A stretch of DNA of 58,417 nt, counting the filler, from Sphacelaria rigidula (taxonomy: Eukaryota): the NCBI GenBank assembly GCA_964200075.2. It is 10 parts of 10 records of this genome, joined end to end, with 100 filler letters (N's around TTAATTAATTAA, not from the genome) between each part and the next. Parts side by side here need not be neighbours in the genome. Positions count along the whole stretch, not along the records: positions 46,816 to 52,566 come from CAXNAA020024736.1; positions 52,667 to 58,417 come from CAXNAA020024737.1; 8 more parts are not named here. One strand, given 5' to 3'. The notes beneath the pieces were generated by a model. That model was given only the letters and a program-made list of their open reading frames with translations, did no database searches and had not been told where the DNA came from. The translations under genes and the position numbers were made by a program. Positions 49,951 to 58,417 of this stretch are shown here, one piece after another. Each line of letters begins with the position of its first letter. Positions within the stretch are counted from its first letter, which is position 1.

Positions 49951-50320
49951 GGAGCCCGTCCCCCCGGTGGCTGAGTCGCTAACTTCGTCACTTATCGAAG
50001 GGTGTGTCGTGGGTTCGAATTTCGGAGCGATCTGGGGTTTTTTCATCACACAACGCCCAACAGTGGAGAGCGACTGTGTCGTGGGTGCACCAAAGTCGAC
50101 TTGACATTCGACGAGGGGAAGGGACTGCTGAACCCCTCTGGCGACAAGAAAAAAGGCAAGCACCGAAAAAGGAAGGTGAAGACCTAAAACAGACAAAAAT
50201 AAAACTCCTATGTTGGCCTTCCTCCTGTGTGACCCCGGTTGGTGCGCCCACTTATTATACCGATTAGGTGTGAACTGGCGTCCAGAGTAGATGATATGAC
50301 AACACAGTACACACAAAAGG
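49951..50320 (+). mobile_element. tRNA-derived SINE, family B
   Basis: TGGCTGAGTCGCTAA (A-box-like), GGTTCGAATTTC (B-box-like), about 370-bp body ending in an AC-rich tail. 3' end repeated at 23409. Confidence 0.7.
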
Positions 50321-50342
50321 ACATGGTCAAAGACGTGTCTTA

Positions 50343-50824
50343 GGCCGGATGTTACGATACACAGATTTCTGGCCCACGGGTTGTTCACTTATGGGATGTT
50401 TGACCCTCTTTTTGACCCTCAAACAGGGAAAATCGCCAGCACACGTATTGGACACTTTGCATCACCCCAAAGAGGGGAGCGTAGCCCACTTTTCAGATTC
50501 GCTTGGCTCCCAGATTTCGAGACTGGCCACTGAACAAAAATCTGTGTGCAACACAATCTACAGCGATCTCCACAGATTATTGGGCAAAGTGGCGGGGGTC
50601 AGCAAGCACAGATTTTTGCACACGAATTTTGTTCAGCGGCCAATCTCGAAACCTCGGGGCCAAGCCAATCGGAAAAGCAGGCTAGGCTCCTCTCTGTGGG
50701 GTAATGCAAAGTGTCCGAAACGTGTGTTGGCGATTTTCCCTGTTTTGGGGGGCAAAAAGGGAGTCAAACGTACCAAAAGTGAACAATCTGTGGCCCAAAA
50801 ATCTGTGTGCCATAACATCCGGCC
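50343..50824. mobile_element. PIF/Harbinger (Tourist-like) foldback MITE with TTA TSD
   Basis: GGCCGGATGTTA...TAACATCCGGCC termini, arms pairing over about 200 bp, TTA at 50340-50342 and 50825-50827. Confidence 0.88.
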
Positions 50825-52666
50825 TTAGGCCGCTTCTTATAACAGACGCGAAGATACCCTGGAACCGCCTCAACTAGTAGAGCAAGTCATTCCAAGGTGT
50901 CAAACGCCGCCTAGCTCTCTTTTGGGGCGCAAAACGACGTGAAAGCTCCCAAAAGACACTTTTCCAGGTTTTTATTTTTGTCTAGGATAATAAGTAAAAG
51001 CCTAGACAAGAGACGCCCTAACATCTTCTCTGGTCGATGCGAATGTTCGGGCTTTCTTCAGCGCCCTTGAGGCAGTAAAGGACAAGAGCGAAATCTGATT
51101 TCAGGTCAAGGGTAGGCCTGTCTGTTGTTTATCCGTTCTTGTCTTCACTCTACCCTGGTATTGAAAGAATAAAAAAACTCGCCTCCACGCATGGACGTTT
51201 TTCGCGTGAGCAGAAGTGCTTGAAGGCTACGTATTTGCGTGGAGAAAAGCGAACGGTGGTGCTGCCATGTAGCTTTGACTATGTAGCAACGTAGTCTCAC
51301 GCCGCTATCATGGCGAACGAGGTGAAGAATAATGTGGCAAAATGTCTTTTTTCTTTTTGGAGCTTCTGCGTCGTTTGACCCGTAAAAGAGAGCTAGCCGG
51401 ATGTTGATACTGTACCTTGGAATCCCTTCCTGTCCTCGTTGAGCCTGTTCCATCAACCCTGCCTCCGAAAAAATGGGCAGTCTCTGAGAAATATCCAAGC
51501 TTGGTCAAGAAAAAGACTGTGGCCACCGGATAAACGCACAGGTGTGCTCTAGTTATCTCAAGGAGTACAGCAGGGCATTCCCATGTATCAAAATCCACCC
51601 AGCTTTCTTTGAGGGCGCAAAGCAACGCAGAAGCTCCAAAAAAATAGTTTTACACGACTTTATTCCTGTTCGCCGTAAAAAGCGACCGCAACAGTCAGTT
51701 GTCCTTTCCTTTATCGCAAAAGATGATGTGGACAGAGGTCCTATGCCAGCGCTGATCGCTCGGCGGGCTGAACGCTATGTTCCAGAGGGTGCGCAGCGCG
51801 CAGGGATGATTCAAGCAAAGAGTTGCAACAGAGTCCTACGAATAGGCCTTTGCCCCGTAGACTCTTTTGGGCCAAAACCCAACATGTTCCCGCTCTAAGA
51901 GAGCATACGGAGCGAAGGTCTACCTATGAACGAAAGAGTTACGCCGCATTTTTTGTCGGTTTCGGCCGATACTTCATCCAAAATATTCCCGGTACGCGTT
52001 TTTTTTTTTTCTTGAGCATGCGTAACGTACTCCAGAACGCGGCAAGCTGTCGGGGCACGCTTGTGGCAATCTTCCTATCGTAGGCCTGTGTTCGAGTTGG
52101 ACATATATCGCCGCCGTCCTAGAGTATCCACCGTTGAAGAAGTGTCAGCTATTTCCTGGCTAGGCCGACCCCGATCGTGCAGGGAAGAGACGACGAGGAA
52201 GCACAACACCTACCCTTTACCCAAGTCCCGCAATAAACACGTACGTACACACCCATCGCTGACGCGCATTACCTCCACCGCTACGAAAGCCCTCGCTCAT
52301 GAACACACAGCAGTCTTTTGATGTTGACGGGAAACCGTTCAGCATTGGAAGAAGTGTGGCCGGGTGCGCCAGTGTTTTTCGGCGCGCGTCTGACACACTA
52401 TATATATATATATATGTATATATTTTCCTCGCACTTTGAACCCCTCCCCTTCCTCGGGATGAATCCGTGGTCTCAAGGGATCAACCCATCTTTCCCCCGG
52501 TACGCGCCTTACATTTTGGTCCCGCGGAATGCGTCAGCACTCCCGCACCGCGTCAACTCACGTCACNNNNNNNNNNNNNNNNNNNNNNNNNNNNNNNNNN
52601 NNNNNNNNNNTTAATTAATTAANNNNNNNNNNNNNNNNNNNNNNNNNNNNNNNNNNNNNNNNNNNN

Positions 52667-55600
52667 AAGAGGCACCTTGAACATCATCTTCTGTCTACAC
52701 TCCAAAGCAACTTGTCTGCTTGCTTGGCTTAAGTGCCATTGCGCCAACTCTAGCGATCACGTCAAAGGGTTCATCGCGACACTTTTCTAACACAGGGATC
52801 TGCGCACTGTGGTTTTAGTATGCTCCTCTGGACCTTGAAAAAATGCACTCGAATACAACAAAACAATCAAAACAAACTCACCTAACACAGGTAATTTTGC
52901 CGCGCGTTCTATATAATGTACGAGTATTACAGGCATCTGAAACCTACTTGGGTTCTTTTACTCAATCACATTTCTCAACAGAAGAACCAAAATCAAGTCA
53001 TTCAACATCCAGTGACCGCATTTGGGTCTCTATAGTAGATTGTTGGTCGATTCGGACGAAAAATCAACCGGGTCCCATAAAATCTGTCAATCAAAGCGTT
53101 GTATATCCTTCTCAACAGCAGGAAGTTGAATTCCAACGGGCATTCTATATGCCATGCTTTGGCTAAGAAGTTGGAGATCCTAACATCGATGAAAAAAGCA
53201 ACTCATTGTGTAGATACAGCTGTGGTAGACTCATTAAAATTTCAAGAATACTGAAAGACTCCTGAACATCGGTGAACTCGTACGTCCTGAGCGTGTCCGC
53301 CATACGTGCAAGCTCCTCGATTTGCTGTCCTGGGATGAGGATGTCCAGACAAATAAAAGCTCGGGCTCCCCAGTTGATGTAGGTCGTCGCGCGTCCTTGG
53401 AGTCGTAGTGGTGAATTACTCAGGTGGGCCCGTGCATTGGGCGTCACCCCGTGTTGTGGCCTCTGGCGGTGCGTAGTGCGGTGTGCGCGACCATGGGTTG
53501 CTGAGTTTTGTGCGACATGTCCGCGCGCGTTCCTGGTTCCGTTGTTGTGGGTGTCATTGCGGTAGCTCATTCTGATGGTGGGTGGTGAAGGTAGAGGATG
53601 CTGAAGGTTGGATTTTGGAAAACAAATTTTGGGAGTTGAGAAGTGATATGGTGTATTGCCCTTGGGATGGACGAGATGTCGCTTGGGTGATGACACTCGA
53701 AAAATTAGAAGGTCGAAGTTGAGCGTTGAAGATGATGATCGAGGTTCTAGCGTTGACGGTGATGATCGAAGTTGAGCGTTGACGATGATAATCGAAGTTT
53801 AGCGTTGACGATGATGCTGAAGATAAATATCCTGCCAGATTAACATGCGTTATCTCCCAGATTCGGTTATAGCCTTCAGCAGTCTCTAATGCACGATTCT
53901 GTCACAGCTTTTGGTGACAAGATCCGCTAATTGTTCTGAAGATCGTACATAGTTTATCCTTAGTTGTCCAGCTCGAATCATATGTTTTAAATTAAAGCAT
54001 CGTTATGCCACGTGTTTCGAGCTGGTGCTCAAGTTGGCGTTTGAAGACAGATGAAGTGCGCCTTGTGAATCCGAGTAGATAGTCGCGGGTGTGATGAAGC
54101 TCAGAGGCGTCGCAAGACATACGATGTGCGGGTCTGCTCGTAGACCCTGGATTCTGTGACGCGTTGTTATCGCGTTTGCTACTGTCAATAGTTAGGGTTG
54201 TCCAGCCTCGGCCGCATGCCGCGTTGCCCCATCTTAATCAGTTACCGGCTTGCCTTGGTCTCTACCCTGGGCCATCACTACACTCTGCTCCTATGGCTGC
54301 GCCCCGGACATCCTGAGTAAGAGAGGCTTGCAGATAAAACATGATGCTAAGCAAACACGTGAGTTTCTTATCAAGAGTCTGAACATGAATAAACCTACTT
54401 GTGATTATTCGGGATGGATAGCTAGGTCGGTCTTGCCCACTTGGGAGCTTGGTGGGTTGGCACCATGGTATCTCCTGGCAATCATACTGAGAGACCCCAG
54501 CCAGTGCATTAGCTACTCCCTCAAGATGACACGGGCTCAATAGATGACCATCCAAGCTCTCGTATCAGATTGAAGAGATACGTTCCGAATTTGCCGCATG
54601 TCGAAAGGGCTGTTAACTCGGCTTCTGTCGTTGAAGTAGCTGTTATACGTTGTAATCTCGGAGTTAAATGAACAAGCCCGTTAGAAAGAAAAAATAACGT
54701 CTCCGTTGTTGATTTCATTTTTTCCTTGAGCCCGGCATTACCATAGCTAGCATCGCAAAATCCCTTTGGAACCAGATTCTTATTGGAGGTTGAGTACGTT
54801 AGCGGAAGATCGGATTTTCCCTTCAGATACCGAAATATCCATTTAACTGCTACAAAGTTTTGACGACTCGGGCTGCTAATGTGACGTGCTACCTCGGAGA
54901 CACTAAATGCGATGTCGAATCTTGTGCTCTGAGCCAGGAAGATGAGGCTCCCAACCATTGCTTGGTACTTAGTTTTCTCTGACGGTTCCAGGAAGGTATC
55001 TTCAGGCGCGTCGTCGACGAGTTGAGTTGGTGTTCCCGGTGTGTGAACTGGATTGGATGACTCTATGCCGGATTTCTTGAGCATTGATTCTACGTACCTG
55101 TGCTGTGACAACTTGAGAATTCCTCGCGCTTCATCCCTGATGACCTCTATATCAAGAATAAGATAAACCGGCCCTAGCTCGGAGATGGACAATCTTGACT
55201 TCAGTGCATCCTGAACCTGTTGCAGTATACTGATTGACGGTCCTGTCATCAATACATCATTTACATACAGAGTAAGCATCACATATCCCTCATGGGATCC
55301 TTTCGTGTAGACACATGGGGCACTTGCCGTGGCTGAAAAAACATTTTCCGTTGCTCCGTATCCCTTGTAACGTTCCACACGTTTGGACTCTGGCGCAGTC
55401 CGTAGAGCGCGCGCTTAAGACGCATCACTTGTGGTTCTCCTGTCGTTGGGTCGAGCGTCTCGAAGCCAGGCGGTTGCCTGCAGAATACTGTTTCCTGTAA
55501 CTTGCCGTTCAAGAAAGCAGTTTGTACGTCAAGGGCTAAAATGGGCCAATTTTCTGCAGTAGCAATTGCCAGTAACAATCGCTGACTTTCTAACCTGCAA

Positions 55601-58417
55601 ACTGGAGCGAAAATACTCCCCCAGTCGTGTCCATGCCTCTGAGACCAACCTTGAACCACCAAACGGACTTTACAACGCCCGTCTGCTTTGACCTTAAAGA
55701 CCCACCTTGTACCGATGATGTTGTCGTTGCTGGGAATAGAGCTGACCGAGATGATATCGGCCACATCATGAGTTTTGATACTTTGAAGTTCGTCCAGCAT
55801 GGCTGCTTTCCATTTCTTCGAGTATGGTGAACTCGATGCCTGTCGATAGTTGGTGGGTACTGTAATTGACGCGGGTGGTGCAACTTGCTTAACTCCGATA
55901 GTGCATATGTACTGACATACCATCTCCAGTGTTGCTGCAGCATGAAAGACATGAAGGCTATTCGATTTCGCTCACTGGCTTGCCGTTTGTTAATAGGTCC
56001 AGAAGAATGTTGGTTGGGACCGCCGGCTGAACGCAACCTTCTTTGGGCGATAGGCGGCCCTGTAATCGGTGAATTGTCCCCCGTGGTGCTGTCCTCTAGC
56101 TGAGCTATACCATCGTAGATATTCATATTAAAGTTGTTTGTGTCGTCATGATGTTCCTTATCAACAGCAGATACGTCGGGTTCCTAGATATCCAATGTCG
56201 AAAAATCTTCATCACTGCGAGGAGCTCCTGTTATTTGTTCGATGAAAGTGACGTTTCTAGAGCTGGATATTTTTCCCGAGTAGCGGTTGTAAATGTGGTA
56301 CGACGGACAATCGGAATCATAGCCTACTAGCACTCCTTCCCAAGCTTTTTCTTCTAACTTACTGTGATGACGCTCCTTGTGCACAAGCGCCCTCGAGCTG
56401 ATCGCCCGCAAGGATGATAGCTTCGGTTGCTTAAGAAACATTCGAAAATATGGTGTATCGCCGCCGATGCTCGTGTGCGGTAGGCGGTTGATTTAAAAGA
56501 CCGTAGTTGCAGCAATTTCTCCCCAAAGAAATTTCGGCAAATTCGATTCGTTCAGCAGACAACGCGTGACGTTCAGGATGCTCCGCCCGTCTCTTTCACT
56601 GATGCTATTCTGCTGAGGAGCATGTGGACTGGTGAATTCTTGACGGATACCCGTAGTCTTGCAGTACCTCTTAAAATAGTCCGCGATGTATTCACCCCCA
56701 CGGTCTGAACGCAGACGGTGTACACGGAATCCTAAAGGAATAGCCAAATCTTGGATGAACCTGCAGAGCGTAGTTAGGGTCTCACCCTTCGTTTTGATGA
56801 AGTACATTGCCTTGAAACGCGAGATGTGATCCGTAAATTTTGCCATGTAGCGGTAACCCCCTTGCGCCATGGGCTTACTTGGTCCTGTTAGTTCAGTGCT
56901 GACCAGTTGCAGTCGTTCCGATGTGTTCGTGGAGTCTACGGTCTTTGGGTGATTCTGCTGTACACTTTTATTAAGCTTGCACGTTACACACGGTGACAGT
57001 GACCCCTCAAAGTTCACAGCTGATTCAGGAGTATTCAGTAGACGGCGCATGACCTGCTCCGTGGGATGTCCAAGTCGCCTACGCCAAATGTCTGCTCCTG
57101 TCGTGGTAGTCAAAGCTGTCGGTTCTGCTCCCACTGTGGCAGACATGGCTGCTGGAATTCCCGGCATGTCTTGGTGAATGGCTTCTGCAACAACGGCTGC
57201 CCCGATCCCCATAGATTCTCCTGACATAATTGCAGCTGTAAATGCTGAGATGTTGTTAATATTACCCGGTTTTCGAGAAACTCTCACGCTGATGTACCGT
57301 GACGCTCCGTTGTTGTCACTCTTGATTGGCACTTTAAACTTTTCGAGGTCGATATGGGACTCGTGAGAAAATAAAGTCGAAGCGCCCTTCGCAAGAGCTT
57401 GCACAGGGGAGAACAGATGCTTCTCCAAACCTGGGACAATTACGGCTAGGAGCCGTACAGGACGTTGGTACCCCTCAGAGCCAATGACCACGGTGTTCAG
57501 AACTCCTTTTGCTGTACCATGTAGTAGATGGCGTCCCGCTGTTAAAATAGTCATCGGTGGATCGAGTTTGACCAGCTCGATCATTTCACGTTCGATATCG
57601 GGTAGCAGCTGATCATCCAAAAGTGTCCAGTGCTGCCGCTATTCACGGTCAACTGAAAAGAAATTTGATCGGATGTATCAGTGATATATGAACCAGAAAG
57701 AAAAGAAAATACCATACCGTTTGGTGGTGAAGATGGATCTATCACTGTCGCAGCTGTTGATGAAGAAGTTTGTAGACCGTTGTTGTTCGATGGTGCGGTT
57801 GTAGAAGCTGGATCGGCGACGGCTGTGTTGGCTTGGCGTTGATGTCCGTCGGAGTTTTTGCTACCAATGTTGCTGTTGTGGTTGCTCCTACGGTTGTTGT
57901 TGCTGCTGTTGTCACGGTTGGTTTTTCGATGGCGGGGGTTTCTACGACGATGATGGTTATTGTTGTTGTTTCCAGCGTTGTTGGTCGCATTCCTGCGGTT
58001 TTGTTGAGATATACACTCAGTATCGTCGTGCTTGTCAGTATGATCGAAACTGCACCATTTTACCGGCCTGTTCCCACTGTTTGACTGCATCTGGGAGCGA
58101 CAGTCTCTGGCCTGATGTCCTGGTCTCCCGCAGGTGTAGCAATTTCTACGGAATTTCTGGGGTTGAGTCAAAGATCTCGACAGTCATGTCACCAGCAGTG
58201 ATGAATCGCGGCCATGCGATTTCCCGGGGGTATATCTTCGCGCCATGCGATAACCGTTCATATTTCACATTGAACAGTAGTTTCGTGAGATTAAGAGTGG
58301 ATGGTGCGATTGAGAGTAGGCTTTTCGAGGCTCTCTGCGGCGGGTTGTGCCTGCATTAATGGACACAACGCTTATCTCGTACAATGGTGCAATATTCTGT
58401 CGGCACAGCCAACAATG
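52667..58417 (-). mobile_element. Decayed Ty1/copia LTR retrotransposon (gag end, protease, integrase, RT, RNase H, 3' region)
   Basis: Zinc knuckle CYTCGRPGHQARDC; protease VNSGSTGHF (D to N); WRRRLGHP...CVTC; integrase LRSDRGGEY and PQQNSISER; RT KVRLVVQGWSQ, ALYGLRQSP, LYVNDVL (D to N); RNase H FCDASY, STTEAE, IYSDSQGA, QLADLVTK. Frameshifts and stops. Candidate PPT CCAGAGGAGC at about 52822-52831. Confidence 0.95.
54090..54531 (+). mobile_element. Solo LTR nested antisense in copia RNase H, 4-bp TSD CGGG
   Basis: TGTGATG...GATGACA with CGGG at 54086-54089 and 54532-54535. Removing the insert and one TSD restores GWSSIEP-ATIYSDSQGALHL. Confidence 0.93.

Overview
This is not one locus. It is ten unrelated short contigs (seven of 5,752 bp, three of 5,751 bp, i.e. 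length-sorted) joined by artificial 100-bp N44-TTAATTAATTAA-N44 spacers, so nothing can be inferred across spacers. The content points to a repeat-rich eukaryote, most likely a brown alga (Phaeophyceae): GT-AG exons in long introns, an EsV-1-7 repeat protein and a Pmp-like repeat exon. Host gene pieces: (1) an intronless, 5'-truncated EsV-1-7 cysteine-rich repeat gene with 14.4 x 38-aa C-X4-C-X16-C-X2-H units (26811-29160, minus); (2) an FG-GAP plus transmembrane exon; (3) two phase-compatible exons of a FAM135-like gene; (4) a symmetric phase-1 GGAI/FxxN (Pmp/adhesin-like) repeat exon. Most of the rest is transposon material: two decayed Ty1/copia elements, three LTRs of one family (one nested in a copia RNase H with a 4-bp TSD), LINE remnants, decayed MULE-, P-like and Tc1-like transposases, several MITE families, tRNA-derived SINEs, and micro/minisatellites. 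The most interesting signal is the EsV-1-7 array. Its scaffold is almost invariant while variation concentrates in an adjacent residue pair and a four-state position that co-vary, the pattern expected of a TALE/PPR-like modular recognition code. That reading is a hypothesis. All family assignments were made by eye from motifs, without database searches.
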